This document shows, piece after piece, positions 42,746-56,175 of a stretch of 64,000 nucleotides of DNA. Under the pieces are notes generated by a model. The model was given only the letters and a program-made list of their open reading frames with translations, had not been told where the DNA came from and made no database searches. The first letter of the stretch is position 1. Each line of letters opens with the position of its first letter. The DNA comes from Escherichia phage EcSzw_1, in sequence record MH791413.1; one strand, given 5' to 3'. Position numbers and translations under genes: made by a program.

Positions 42746-43037
42746 AGTCTTTGACCCTTACGCCCCACAAGATAAGTGGGAAGCTGATAGAGAGTATGAG
42801 ATGGAAAGTTATATCTGTCCAATGGATGTAGACGAAATGAGAGAGTTCGTTGCATTCCGTTTTGAAAAAGAAATTGAGAAAAGAAAACTTTCTCAGGCAC
42901 AAGTTGCAAAAATTTGTGATATCTCTCAAAGTCGTGTTTCCAACATTGTCAATGGTACTGGAAAGATTACCCTTGAATACATGTTGAAAGCTTGTGAAAA
43001 ACTTGGTGTTAACTTCAACTTAAGGCTGTCAGATTAA
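42738..43037 (+). CDS. XRE-family helix-turn-helix DNA-binding protein
   Basis: C-terminal HTH LSQAQVAKICDISQSRVSNIVNG; start set to ATG 42738 after SD GGAGGAAG. Confidence 0.55.
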   Translation: MNEVFDPYAPQDKWEADREYEMESYICPMDVDEMREFVAFRFEKEIEKRKLSQAQVAKICDISQSRVSNIVNGTGKITLEYMLKACEKLGVNFNLRLSD

Positions 43038-43038
43038 T

Positions 43039-43398
43039 ATGAAACGTGAAAATGCAATCATCAAAGGTAACTTCGCAATTGGCTTCTATGGTAAACCTAC
43101 TGAAGCTGAAAAGGTGTGGGGTCATGAGATTCTTGAAGAGATGATTCCAAAACTCCAAAAAGGAGAAATTAAGCATTCTGAAAAGAATCGTGTGAAAGGC
43201 TATATGGCAATTGGTTCAGCTATATCCAACATCAAACTTGAGACGACATGTGCAAAAGATGTTCGTAACTCGTTTATCAAGGAACTCTTCAACAACCTTG
43301 ATGGTGTAGATGCTACCGCTATCTGGCTTGATGTTGATGGTGCTAAGTATACAACTTTCGTATTTAAAAATGAGGATATCAAATGTCTCTTCCCGTAA
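43039..43398 (+). CDS. Hypothetical protein (119 aa)
   Basis: ORF in track. Confidence 0.45.
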   Translation: MKRENAIIKGNFAIGFYGKPTEAEKVWGHEILEEMIPKLQKGEIKHSEKNRVKGYMAIGSAISNIKLETTCAKDVRNSFIKELFNNLDGVDATAIWLDVDGAKYTTFVFKNEDIKCLFP

Positions 43399-43883
43399 AA
43401 ATTGACTTGTTCTTTGGATACAATCTGATGACAGGGTGTATGCTTAGTCTTCCAAAGTCTCCTTATCGTACTGAGAAGGGTGCTGTGAAACGTGCTGCAC
43501 ACTACAATAATGACTTAGGTCGTTTGCAGACGATTTACAAGTGGCTTGAAGAAGATGGTCGAGTAAATGAGTACTTCCATCAGCTTCGTATGGCTAACGA
43601 AGAAAATAAGATGGGCTATGAACTGTTCCCACGTCTTTACAAAGTGACTTCACCAACTTCTCAAACTTGGAATGAGAAATCTATTGAGGGTTACAAAAAG
43701 GTCACAATGTCTCCGTTTAGTAGTGGTGCAGAGTTTGAGAAGCTACGTGAGATAATTTATCAGACTGTTGCAAAGCGTGTTGCAAAGGGTCTTTCTTATA
43801 ATGAAAAGATTGACTGGAACACTCAAAAGGTTATACAATTCTTTGCATACGATAATGACAAACAAACTTTTGTAGAGGTTTAA
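43383..43883 (+). CDS. Hypothetical protein (166 aa)
   Basis: ORF in track. Confidence 0.45.
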   Translation: MSLPVKIDLFFGYNLMTGCMLSLPKSPYRTEKGAVKRAAHYNNDLGRLQTIYKWLEEDGRVNEYFHQLRMANEENKMGYELFPRLYKVTSPTSQTWNEKSIEGYKKVTMSPFSSGAEFEKLREIIYQTVAKRVAKGLSYNEKIDWNTQKVIQFFAYDNDKQTFVEV

Positions 43884-43884
43884 C

Positions 43885-44403
43885 ATGAAGATTGGAAACA
43901 GCTTAACAGAGCCAGAAGCAATTCTGCTTAAGGGTGTTATCAAAGAACATCTTAAAAATCGTAGACTTCAAGAGGGCACAATCCTTATTGAGACAAACTA
44001 CGAAGCTGGAACGATTGAGTTTCTTGACGAAGATACTGGTGATGCACTTTGCCTTTTGCCAACTCACCTCTTCACTACTGAGTTTCGAGATTCTAAATCA
44101 ATCTCTGTGAAGCTGGTTCCAAGCATTGAGTTGTATGAAGGTATGCAATACCCACGTAGCTTCAAAGCTTTACTTAACATCTTCATAGATGATATTGTAG
44201 ATTTAGTAAGGCCAGAAGCTGGTGAGTATGTAATCACTGCTGAGTGTCAGAATAGCAGCTACATCACTCTTGCTGGCAATCTTTCAACGATGAACTTCTT
44301 AGATTTCATTCCGAAACACTTTGAAGACTTCCTTTCATCGTGTGGTGATGACCTTGATTTCATTGTAAAATTGGAACAAGAATATAAGGTGAATAAGAAA
44401 TGA
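43885..44403 (+). CDS. Hypothetical protein (172 aa)
   Basis: ORF in track. Confidence 0.45.
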   Translation: MKIGNSLTEPEAILLKGVIKEHLKNRRLQEGTILIETNYEAGTIEFLDEDTGDALCLLPTHLFTTEFRDSKSISVKLVPSIELYEGMQYPRSFKALLNIFIDDIVDLVRPEAGEYVITAECQNSSYITLAGNLSTMNFLDFIPKHFEDFLSSCGDDLDFIVKLEQEYKVNKK

Positions 44404-44669
44404 AAATCTTTAAAGTTGAACACTGTTACATGCAGAGTGGTGAGCCAATTCGTTGTCCTCATTGTGGTTGTACAGATTTTCAAGGTGAGGTTACAGATAT
44501 CGTCTCTGGTCATGTAGCAGAAGAGTATACTCGTTGCCGTGGATGTATGAAGATTGTTTCATTTTGGGCTTACGGAAGTTATGAGCCACATCCACATGTT
44601 ATTTATCATCCAGTAAAAGTTGTTAAGAATATCATCAACTGGCTTATTATTAAAGGGTTTTTCAAATGA
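44400..44669 (+). CDS. Small zinc-ribbon protein (89 aa)
   Basis: CPHCGC … CRGC cysteine pairs. Confidence 0.45.
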   Translation: MKIFKVEHCYMQSGEPIRCPHCGCTDFQGEVTDIVSGHVAEEYTRCRGCMKIVSFWAYGSYEPHPHVIYHPVKVVKNIINWLIIKGFFK

Positions 44670-45211
44670 TTCGTTTAGTGTTTGCAAGTGGTCGTAAAGG
44701 TGAGTTTGGCACTCCTGATGGGATGCCTTGGGAACGTAACCGTGAAGACATGAAAGAGTTTAAAAAGCTGACTCAAAACCAGCTTGTAATCATGGGTAAT
44801 GAGACTTTCAAGACTCTTGGACGTAAACCTTTACCAAATCGTGAGAACATGATTCTGTCAAACAACCTCCCATATTACGGGATAGACTTTGATAATGACG
44901 GTTTTGTTATTGCGAAAGCTGACCCAGATTCTTTCGGTGCATTCTTGAAGAAAATTGACAGCCAGATTGATGAAAATGTCTGTGTGATTGGTGGTGCAAA
45001 CATCTTAAAAGCAGCTTTACCATTTGCTGATGAAGTTTACCACACAGTTATCTATGAAATTACTAAAGAGCCAACTGTGTATCTTCCTGAAGAGGGTTTC
45101 TTTGAGTATTTACATGAGCCTGAACTCTTTGCTAGAATACAAGCTAAACCTCTGGATGATAAATCTGGAGTGGTAAACTTCTATGTTCCACAAGTAAGAG
45201 GACGATTCTGA
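44666..45211 (+). CDS. frd: Dihydrofolate reductase
   Basis: DHFR motifs GMPW, VIMGNETFKTLG, LPNRENMILS; located immediately upstream of thymidylate synthase as in T4 frd-td. Confidence 0.7.
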   Translation: MIRLVFASGRKGEFGTPDGMPWERNREDMKEFKKLTQNQLVIMGNETFKTLGRKPLPNRENMILSNNLPYYGIDFDNDGFVIAKADPDSFGAFLKKIDSQIDENVCVIGGANILKAALPFADEVYHTVIYEITKEPTVYLPEEGFFEYLHEPELFARIQAKPLDDKSGVVNFYVPQVRGRF

Positions 45212-45212
45212 T

Positions 45213-46109
45213 ATGTCACAAGCAGATGTAAGTTATAAAAATATCCTGAACCACGTTTTGACAGTTGGTGAGCAGCGTAAAACCCGAACTGGTTCTGTAA
45301 TTTCAACGTTCTCGCCTCCAGAGTTTCGTTTTGATATGCGTACTGGTTTCCCTTTACTGACGTCTAAACAGGTTCTGACCAGACAAGTTATAGGGGAAGC
45401 TTTATGGTTCTTGAATGGTGAGAATAAACTTGGTCATCTTCGCTATCGTACTTGGGGAGAAAACGATGGGGAGCGTTGGACAATCTGGACAAATGATTTT
45501 GAACGTTGGCTTAAAACAACATATGCAAGCGAGCAAGATTGGCTAGATGATGCAGGTGGACGTATCTACGGTGTACAGTGGAGAGCCTCAGAAGGTCATG
45601 GTGGCGTTACAGTTGACCAGCTAGACAATCTGATTACCAAGATGAAAAAGTCTCCTACAGACCGTTACATGCTGGTTAATGCTTGGAATGCTGCTGATAT
45701 CTCAGCTAATGCAATGGCTTTACCACCTTGTCATGTGCTTTTCCAGATTTACATCTCAAATACTGGTGAAGTTGATTTAAAATGGTATCAACGTTCTGTA
45801 GACAGCTTCTTAGGTTTACCGTTTAACATTGCGTCTTATGGTTTTATCTTGGAAGTGCTTTGTAAGATGACTGGATACACGCCTCGTTATCTGATTGGTA
45901 CTTTGGGTGATACTCAGATTTATCAGAACCATATGAATCAGGTATTCCAGCTTTTAGGTAATGAAGAGTTTCCTGCACCAAAGTTTGAGATTGTTCAAGA
46001 TTTGAAATGTCTGGATGACCTCAAACATATGACTGCAAGTGACTTTATCGGCGGTTTCAAAGACTATCGACATGCAGGGAAGATTGAAGCTCCCTTGTCA
46101 GTAGGTTGA
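45213..46109 (+). CDS. thyA: Thymidylate synthase
   Basis: RTGTGSVISTFSPPEFRFDMRTGFPLLTSKQV and catalytic-Cys region LPPCHVLFQIY. Confidence 0.85.
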   Translation: MSQADVSYKNILNHVLTVGEQRKTRTGSVISTFSPPEFRFDMRTGFPLLTSKQVLTRQVIGEALWFLNGENKLGHLRYRTWGENDGERWTIWTNDFERWLKTTYASEQDWLDDAGGRIYGVQWRASEGHGGVTVDQLDNLITKMKKSPTDRYMLVNAWNAADISANAMALPPCHVLFQIYISNTGEVDLKWYQRSVDSFLGLPFNIASYGFILEVLCKMTGYTPRYLIGTLGDTQIYQNHMNQVFQLLGNEEFPAPKFEIVQDLKCLDDLKHMTASDFIGGFKDYRHAGKIEAPLSVG

Positions 46110-46112
46110 TAG

Positions 46113-46150
46113 ATACAAAAAAGGCTCCTTTTTACGGGAGCCTTAAACTT
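46113..46150. terminator. Bidirectional terminator at convergent gene junction
   Basis: AGGCTCC / GGAGCCT arms (46122-46128 / 46137-46143) with A-run upstream and T-containing tract downstream on plus. Confidence 0.5.
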
Positions 46151-46523
46151 ATTTCTTCTTAGCATTTTGAGTGTTCTGTTCAGTGATTGCTTGCAAAGCC
46201 GATACAGACTGTGCTAGGTTATTAACACTGTCAGAGAATTTATCAAGGGTCTTGGTCAACTTGGCGTTTTCACCCTTTACGTTCTCTAGCTGAACCTTCT
46301 GGTTCTCCATGCCTAATTGCAGGAGTTTCATGTCAGACTGTAAGTCACGAATAGCTGAGTAGTTGCTTTTGTTGTAACTATCAAGCTGTTGTAACTTTGT
46401 CGAAACGGAAACTTCCTGCTTCCCATCAGACACCTGCATTGTAGTGTACATACCAATTACACTGAAGATACCCACAACAATTGCACCAATGTTATTTTTG
46501 AAAGCATCCTCTAACCACTTCAT
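46149..46523 (-). CDS. Membrane-anchored coiled-coil protein (possible i-spanin-like or lysis-associated)
   Basis: N-terminal TM NIGAIVVGIFSVIGMYTT followed by Q/L-rich coiled coil; function inferred only from topology. Confidence 0.3.
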   Translation of the reverse strand: MKWLEDAFKNNIGAIVVGIFSVIGMYTTMQVSDGKQEVSVSTKLQQLDSYNKSNYSAIRDLQSDMKLLQLGMENQKVQLENVKGENAKLTKTLDKFSDSVNNLAQSVSALQAITEQNTQNAKKK

Positions 46524-46717
46524 TCTTTCTCCCCTTTAAAGGCTTTTTCCAAGTTATTAACAAATTCATCATCAATAGGCGTATCTGTCTTGCTCGCAAG
46601 GTATCTTGCAAGTCTGAAGAAGGCTTTCTCAATCATGTATTCACTCAGAAGGGAAAGTAAGAGTTTCCAGAGGAAGCTACCCAAGTTTTTTAAGAGGATT
46701 GCTAGGATAGTCGGCAT
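46520..46717 (-). CDS. Small membrane protein (65 aa; possible holin-like)
   Basis: Single hydrophobic helix LGSFLWKLLLSLL; function speculative. Confidence 0.3.
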   Translation of the reverse strand: MPTILAILLKNLGSFLWKLLLSLLSEYMIEKAFFRLARYLASKTDTPIDDEFVNNLEKAFKGEKE

Positions 46718-46796
46718 TATATCACCTCATCAGCCAAGATGGTGAGAATACCTATGAAAATATTAACACCATCTTAACAATTAGTCAACAAATTGA

Positions 46797-49181
46797 TTAC
46801 GCCGTTCTAACCCATGCCATCAATCTAATAAACAGGTTTACAACACTGAATGCTGAACCAGAACCTGTACCACCAGTGTTACCACTAACTGTGTGGGTGT
46901 GAGCACCGATACCTACTGTGTGGGCATGGTTACCAGCAGAGGCAGCAGTACCAGAGATTGTGTGGGTGTGAGCACCACCTGCATCAGTATAACCTGGCCC
47001 TGTACCAATCTTACCACCACCACCACCAGAATAGTGTGTAGAGTTCTGACCAATCCACGAGATTGCATGGTTATGGCTACCAGCAGATGCAGCAGAACCA
47101 CTCACAGAGTGAGTATGAGCACCCGTTGTGTTAGATGTTTTAGTACCGTAGTCAAAGCTTGATGTTGTAGCTGAGAAGCTGTGAGTGTGTGAAGGGATAT
47201 GCCCTACAGATAACGTCACAGTATCCGCACCACCAACTGATTTAACATCTGAACCGTTTGCTGCACCAATCCTAACTGTTCTTCCAACACCCTCATTCAG
47301 ATACGTCCAAGTCATACCTGCAAGAGTCGTGTTAGGGTTCTGGTTAGTTGCAAACCATGTTACAATCCCCACTGGATAGACTTTCTTAAGGTCTGTTGAG
47401 TCAGTTACAGCAGATGCAATTTTCTGGTCAACTTCAGCTTTAGTGTACGCACCAAGTTCTGAAGGGGTTGGCTTAGTACCGTCTGTGTAAATCTTCTCAA
47501 AAGTTACTGTGTCAGTTTCTGTCAAGTTTCTTGCAAGCCAGATACCTTTTGCTGAGTAGTTAGCTAAGAAAGCCAACTGACCAACACCTGTATCTCTCTT
47601 CGCAAAAACATGAAGATATGCTGCTGAATCTGCTGGATAGCTTGGGATAACACTTGCAGCAGGTGTCTGTAGCATTGCTGAGTAGCCTTGAGGCTTGTTC
47701 CAGTCTGCTCTTGTAGCAATAGAGATAATTCTACCAACTGTTGCACCATGACCTGTAGAACTAATCACCAAGTCTGTCGCTGTGCTTCCACTCACTTTCA
47801 AGAATCTTGCATCTAAGTTGCCCCAATCAGAAGGTTTTACCTGTCCAGTAATCTGTAGAGATTTAGACAAAAGGACTTCATCAGACAAATCAATTCTTGC
47901 ACCAGTCAAGTAGTTGTGGAAAGATGCAACACCAGAACCATTTGTACCACAACCAATATACCACTTGTTAGAGTTATCAGTATTCTTCCCAACGATGTAA
48001 GAAGCATTATTCTGAACTTTGCTGTAGATTCTTAGTGCTTCGCCATCTGATTGAATGTTTTGTTGAAGAGTGAACGTGTTAGCTTCATTCTTCTTAGCAA
48101 GATTAGCATATGTACCAATCAAAACATAGCGAGAGTCAATATTAGTCCAATCGGTAGGCTGAACCTGTCCAGTGATTGCAAGACTCTTGTTCACCCTAAC
48201 CATGTTGTCAAGCAACACATAGGTATCATTTGAGATGTTTGTCAAGACAACTGAGCTACTACCATCTGCATAGTTACCTACAGCCCACTTCATAGAAGCA
48301 TCTGTGTTCTGACCTTCGATGTAAAGTGCCTTACCACTTGTCAAGTTCTTCAGAGTTAATCTTGCACCATCACCAAGTAACGTTGTAGTACCTCTGAAGG
48401 TGTTGTTTCCAGTAATCGTGTTAGCCGCTGCCAACTGAACAAATCTTTGGTCTGCTGCATCACGAGTGTAGAATCTTGCATCAAAGTTACCAAAATCTGA
48501 AGGAACAACCTGTCCAGTTACCTGAAGAGACTTGTTAATACCTACAGCACCAGCACCAAGAACGATATTAGTGTTCTGCCTTGTATTAGCCAAAGTCACA
48601 TCTGTTCCAGCACCAAGGTTACCAAGGGTGAATCTGACGTTATTTGCTACATCTCTTCCCTCATAATACAACGCAGACTCTGTAGTGTTTTTTAAAGTTA
48701 AACCTGCGTTATTGGTCTGGAAAATTTGACTTGCCGTGAAGGTGTTTTGAGTACCTTTGATAGCAAATCTTGCATCATTCTCATCATTAGTTCTCATCCC
48801 AAGTTCGTTAGGAGATGGCTTATTCAGAGTGTGATAAACTGTTGCACTTCTCGAAGCATCTGCAATAGTTAGTTTAAGACCATTTGCATTAAGTTTGAAA
48901 GTTTTTGCAGTGTCGCCAAAGACAATTTCAGAATTACCTGTTGGGTCAAGTAAGTCTTTTCCTCCATAGGTAAGTTTAACAATTCCTAAATTACCTGTCA
49001 TGGTTCCACCAACTAATTGCAGAAATCTTTCCAATCTAAATGATGCAAGGAAATCTGCATAAGTCATTCTACGGTCTTCATCACCTAGCATCTCAGTTCT
49101 TTTCTTTACTCTGACATGCAATAGGTCATCAGAACGAATCTCACTAATCGAGTTTAATTCACTCAATTTAAATTCTGCCAT
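46797..49181 (-). CDS. Long tail fibre protein with C-terminal His-x-His repeat tip
   Basis: 794 aa; C-terminal GAHTHSVSG … GSHNHAISW … GAHTHTISG … NHAHTVGIGAHTHTVSG repeats. Confidence 0.7.
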   Translation of the reverse strand: MAEFKLSELNSISEIRSDDLLHVRVKKRTEMLGDEDRRMTYADFLASFRLERFLQLVGGTMTGNLGIVKLTYGGKDLLDPTGNSEIVFGDTAKTFKLNANGLKLTIADASRSATVYHTLNKPSPNELGMRTNDENDARFAIKGTQNTFTASQIFQTNNAGLTLKNTTESALYYEGRDVANNVRFTLGNLGAGTDVTLANTRQNTNIVLGAGAVGINKSLQVTGQVVPSDFGNFDARFYTRDAADQRFVQLAAANTITGNNTFRGTTTLLGDGARLTLKNLTSGKALYIEGQNTDASMKWAVGNYADGSSSVVLTNISNDTYVLLDNMVRVNKSLAITGQVQPTDWTNIDSRYVLIGTYANLAKKNEANTFTLQQNIQSDGEALRIYSKVQNNASYIVGKNTDNSNKWYIGCGTNGSGVASFHNYLTGARIDLSDEVLLSKSLQITGQVKPSDWGNLDARFLKVSGSTATDLVISSTGHGATVGRIISIATRADWNKPQGYSAMLQTPAASVIPSYPADSAAYLHVFAKRDTGVGQLAFLANYSAKGIWLARNLTETDTVTFEKIYTDGTKPTPSELGAYTKAEVDQKIASAVTDSTDLKKVYPVGIVTWFATNQNPNTTLAGMTWTYLNEGVGRTVRIGAANGSDVKSVGGADTVTLSVGHIPSHTHSFSATTSSFDYGTKTSNTTGAHTHSVSGSAASAGSHNHAISWIGQNSTHYSGGGGGKIGTGPGYTDAGGAHTHTISGTAASAGNHAHTVGIGAHTHTVSGNTGGTGSGSAFSVVNLFIRLMAWVRTA

Positions 49182-49194
49182 TATACAATCCTCT

Positions 49195-49216
49195 TAAAAG
49201 GGGCTACAAAGCCCCT
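49195..49216 (-). terminator. Hairpin/terminator between the two tail-fibre genes
   Basis: GGGGCT-ACAA-AGCCCC at 49200-49215 with AAAA on plus. Confidence 0.45.
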
Positions 49217-49223
49217 ATTATAA

Positions 49224-50372
49224 TTAAGCAGTTCTCTGCCATACATATAGAACAAATGATGGCTGTTCAATGTTAAATGCCTGACCAGAACCAGTTGAGC
49301 CAGTTGTACCAGAGTGGGAATGCTCACCTGCACCAGTAACCGTCACCGTAGCCGTATGTGAGTGACTACCAATAGCAACGGAGTGGCTGTGAGCACCAAT
49401 ACCAACTGTGTGGCTGTGAGCACCAATTGCTACAGTGTGAGTATGGTTGTTAGCAGTTGTCAGAGTGGCTCTTGGGTCATAGTCTGCACCAACTACTGAA
49501 AGTCCCGGCAAACTACCGTTATCATAACCACGGTTAATCCACGTTGTCTGGGTGAATCCAGCAGAACTCGTAGTTTTATTACCATAATTGAATGATGATG
49601 TTGTCTTAGTACCATAATCAAATGTGGTAGTTCCTTTAGTACCATAATCAAATGAACTAACTGAAGCAGTTGCACCGTGTGAGTGACCGCCACCAGTTAC
49701 ATACACTGAGTGGGTGTGTGCAGGAATATTATTAGCAGATAGTGAAGCAGTTTGAGAACCAAACGTTGAACCCGCTGGTCTGGATGTGCTATCAAAACCT
49801 ACTAAAGCTCTACCTCTGGATACTAACACCCAAGTACCACCACAAATTAGATATGTAGATGGGTTAGCAGCATTCATAGACAGATGGATAGTACCTACTG
49901 GATAAGAAGCCTGTACAGCCCTATACAAGCTGTTTACTGCCCTTGCTGTAGCATACTTATCAGCGTCTTCATTATATGCGTTGGAAGCTAACCAGTTCTG
50001 AACATTCCCCAAACCAACTTGTGATTTAGTTGTATTGTGAGGGTTATTCTTGTCATTAATGTGGTTCTGGATAAGTTGATTAACTTCATCAGAAGACATA
50101 ATCTGTAAGTTTGCTCTTGCTTCAGCTACGTCAACGATATCTGATAAGTTGTTTGCAGCGACAAGCTGTAAAGCATTTAACACGTTGCCTAGCTCAACCT
50201 GAACTTTTGTAACACCGTGAGGGTTATTCCTCAAGGATGCGTGAGGGTCAAGTAATTGTTCAAGTGTACATCTCTTATCCTCAATACCTTGTTTAAGGTG
50301 GAAGATATCACTTAACTCAATTGGTAACGACGCTTGAGGCAAGGCACTAATTTGAATTTCACCTACTGCCAT
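49224..50372 (-). CDS. Tail fibre protein with phage-fibre repeats and C-terminal His-x-His repeat tip
   Basis: NNPHGVTKVQVELGNV and NNPHNTTKSQVGLGNV repeats; C-terminal HTHTVAIGAHSHTVGIGAHSHSVAIGSHSHTATV. Confidence 0.7.
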   Translation of the reverse strand: MAVGEIQISALPQASLPIELSDIFHLKQGIEDKRCTLEQLLDPHASLRNNPHGVTKVQVELGNVLNALQLVAANNLSDIVDVAEARANLQIMSSDEVNQLIQNHINDKNNPHNTTKSQVGLGNVQNWLASNAYNEDADKYATARAVNSLYRAVQASYPVGTIHLSMNAANPSTYLICGGTWVLVSRGRALVGFDSTSRPAGSTFGSQTASLSANNIPAHTHSVYVTGGGHSHGATASVSSFDYGTKGTTTFDYGTKTTSSFNYGNKTTSSAGFTQTTWINRGYDNGSLPGLSVVGADYDPRATLTTANNHTHTVAIGAHSHTVGIGAHSHSVAIGSHSHTATVTVTGAGEHSHSGTTGSTGSGQAFNIEQPSFVLYVWQRTA

Positions 50373-50374
50373 TA

Positions 50375-50689
50375 TTAGCCTCCGATAAATTCATAAGTGT
50401 ACTGATTAGTTGTGCTTGTTGGAGCAGTACCTGTCACGGTATTAATAAGGTTCCATCCAGCCGATACTAAATCAGGTTGCTCGGTAGCAAAGCTTCTGAC
50501 TTCACCAACAATAGCTGTTGTCCCATTTGCTCTTTCCAGCAAATAGTTTAAAATATAGTTATACCACTGACGACCCATTGGTTCGCCACGAAGTAACCCT
50601 GTTGCCTGAATCTCAGGAGGTGGTAACACTTTTAACTGGTTACCATCAGCGTCTACATCATCTGTAGCCCATCTTACTGCATCTGCCAT
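50375..50689 (-). CDS. Tail fibre-associated protein (104 aa)
   Basis: Position between baseplate genes and fibre; no motif recognised. Confidence 0.35.
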   Translation of the reverse strand: MADAVRWATDDVDADGNQLKVLPPPEIQATGLLRGEPMGRQWYNYILNYLLERANGTTAIVGEVRSFATEQPDLVSAGWNLINTVTGTAPTSTTNQYTYEFIGG

Positions 50690-51546
50690 TATGAACTTCC
50701 TTCCTGTTGAGATTTATCTTTTCTGCCTTTGATGATTTGTGCAACTTCAGCCATTACACCATATTCACCACCTGCAACCGTTTCTTTACCGACAATAAAG
50801 TTGTCGTTACTGTTATTCGTTCTGCTCACATTCATATAATCTTTTGAAGTGCTTCCAGCAGTTCTATCAATTCTGAAATATCCGTCTCTTACACCTGCAT
50901 CTGCTAAACTACCCAACAAGTTAGCCTCAAGAGAACCACCTGTGTTATTCGTTACAAGACCTCTGTTATTATCTGTTACAAACCAGTTGTCTTTGTCGTC
51001 AACGATGGCTAAGGCTGAGTCAGCAACCTCTACAGGTGTCCAAGCAGTACCATTCAAAGTCACATCCCTTAAGATGACTGCTGAACCAATTGTTGTTGCA
51101 GCAATCTTTGAAAGTGTGTATGCTGTATCTAGAACGTTATTTCTCGTATTAACACGAATAACAATACCACCAGTCATCGGTGTAATATGCTCAAACACCT
51201 GTGAAAATGTAGCATTGTAAAGTGTCATTACAGCATTTTGAAGAAACGCTGGAGTTGTGTCAGAACGTCTTAGGAAAATTTGGATATACAGCATTGCACG
51301 ATATGAATCGTCATCAGCACCAAGAGGTCTAGGGACTTTAATCAAAGCCCCGATATTATCTAGTTGCTGACCAATAGCTGTACGGATATTACGTTCTGTG
51401 TGCATCTGCCAAGTAATATCCTCTAACAATTGTAACTCATCTGTAATAGATTTCAATAGACTAGTGTAAATAAACTTTTCTTTGAATTGAGTTACAGTTC
51501 TTTCATCCAATGTTTTGTAATAGACGTCTTCAATCTTTTCAAACAT
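50689..51546 (-). CDS. Baseplate protein (Mu gp48 / P2 gpI-like by position)
   Basis: 285 aa; synteny within Mu-like baseplate cluster. Confidence 0.4.
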   Translation of the reverse strand: MFEKIEDVYYKTLDERTVTQFKEKFIYTSLLKSITDELQLLEDITWQMHTERNIRTAIGQQLDNIGALIKVPRPLGADDDSYRAMLYIQIFLRRSDTTPAFLQNAVMTLYNATFSQVFEHITPMTGGIVIRVNTRNNVLDTAYTLSKIAATTIGSAVILRDVTLNGTAWTPVEVADSALAIVDDKDNWFVTDNNRGLVTNNTGGSLEANLLGSLADAGVRDGYFRIDRTAGSTSKDYMNVSRTNNSNDNFIVGKETVAGGEYGVMAEVAQIIKGRKDKSQQEGSS

Positions 51547-51548
51547 TG

Positions 51549-53017
51549 TTACTCCTTAGTGATAGTGTACTGGCTGCTTTCCCATACCGTATACTGGTCA
51601 CCATCAACTGTGATTCTTGAAGTAGTGTACTGGTCATCCGAAGGTGGAACTGCTTGGTTATTTGAAAGAGCAACTTTAATTTCGTTGATTTCAATACCCT
51701 GAATAACGTCATAGATGTATCCATAGATTCTGTTAGGAATCACGTCATTACCAACTTTCAGAGTTCTACCATAATCGTTAATACCCTGTACAATACTGTC
51801 ATGGATATCTTCTTCAGGAATTGTCAAGCTTTCTTCATCATACAACTCGTAAGTTACCTTAACAAAGACATACTTAGGTGTTGGTCTGCTGAAGTAAACG
51901 TTATGAGCCAAACCTCCAAGGTCGTATGCAGTACCAAAGATGGAACCATAAGCCCTGATACCAGCAGGTTTAGTATCCCAAATAGCTTGAGCAACGTTAT
52001 CGTTCTGACCACCTACAACGACAATCTTGAAAGATTTCGGAGGAATACCGTCAGGGGTTGTTGTCTCAGTATCATTCTCCACACCTGAAGCATCTGACAC
52101 ACCCTGAACCCTCTTGACAGCAGCAACGATAGCATCTAAAGTACCTACACCGGTAACGGTTAAAGACTCTAGGTAACGCTGGCGAAGTTCTGTATCAGTT
52201 TCTTCATCACGTCCTGTTGTCAGGTCGTATCTGTTGAATACACTATCAAGGCCGTCTACAGTTGTTTCAATTTCAATCAGTGTTCCTGCCAAAGCTGGAA
52301 TAGCACCAACCTGTTCAGCAACCACATCGTGAATTGTAGTAATCTTCGTAAAGCTTAAGAAGGTCGTTGCAGTAACAACCATAGGGTTTGTTCTGGCAAT
52401 GATATCTCCTTCATCTTTGTAGATTCTTAGAGATGAGCCATCGTTAATAACTTCAGCTTTAGCAACAATACCACCATTGATAGCATCTGCAAGTTCGTTT
52501 AGCAGAGTTGTGATAGTGTCTGAAGAAGTTGGCTGATAAGAGAAAACAACGTTATCAATAATGATAACATAGTTTGCATCAGTACGTAAAGAGTTAACTT
52601 CTAAAACTGCTTCAACACAATAAGATGGTGTCAATGTGAATGTAGAAACTGGATAGAAAATATTACCAGCAGTACTTCTCAGTCTTGTTGTTGCAGGAAT
52701 TGAAGCACCAGTTGTACCAGTAAATTCAGCCTGTCCTCTTGTAGCCTGAGCAACATATCTGTAGATTGCGTTTAAGGCTGTGATATCATCTAGGTTGAAT
52801 CCTTCAGCTTTATCAATGGTGTTGCCATCATAAATCTCAGACAGAACTTCATGGGTATCTGCCAAGGCTCTTGCTACTGATGCTAAGAACAGACCTAACT
52901 GGCTGTCTTCAGATACGTCAAGGTTTGGGGAGATATCTCTTAAAAGTCTTGCTTTGATATTATCAAAGATTTCTTGATATCTCAGTGTTTGTAATCCTGT
53001 TGCGGTTAATCCAGCCA

Positions 53018-53018
<1 letters not shown>
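51549..53018 (-). CDS. Baseplate J-like protein (Mu gp47 / P2 gpJ-like by position and size)
   Basis: 489 aa; synteny. Confidence 0.45.

Positions 53019-56174
<3,156 letters not shown>

Positions 56175-56175
<1 letters not shown>

Noticed and set aside
42708-43037. Lysogeny module implied by the XRE HTH protein
   Set aside because: No integrase, excisionase or attachment-site features in the window; gene content is otherwise typical of a virulent phage.
46149-46717. Confident holin/spanin lysis cassette
   Set aside because: Only membrane topology supports it; no endolysin adjacent and no outer-membrane lipoprotein partner seen; kept as low-confidence annotation.
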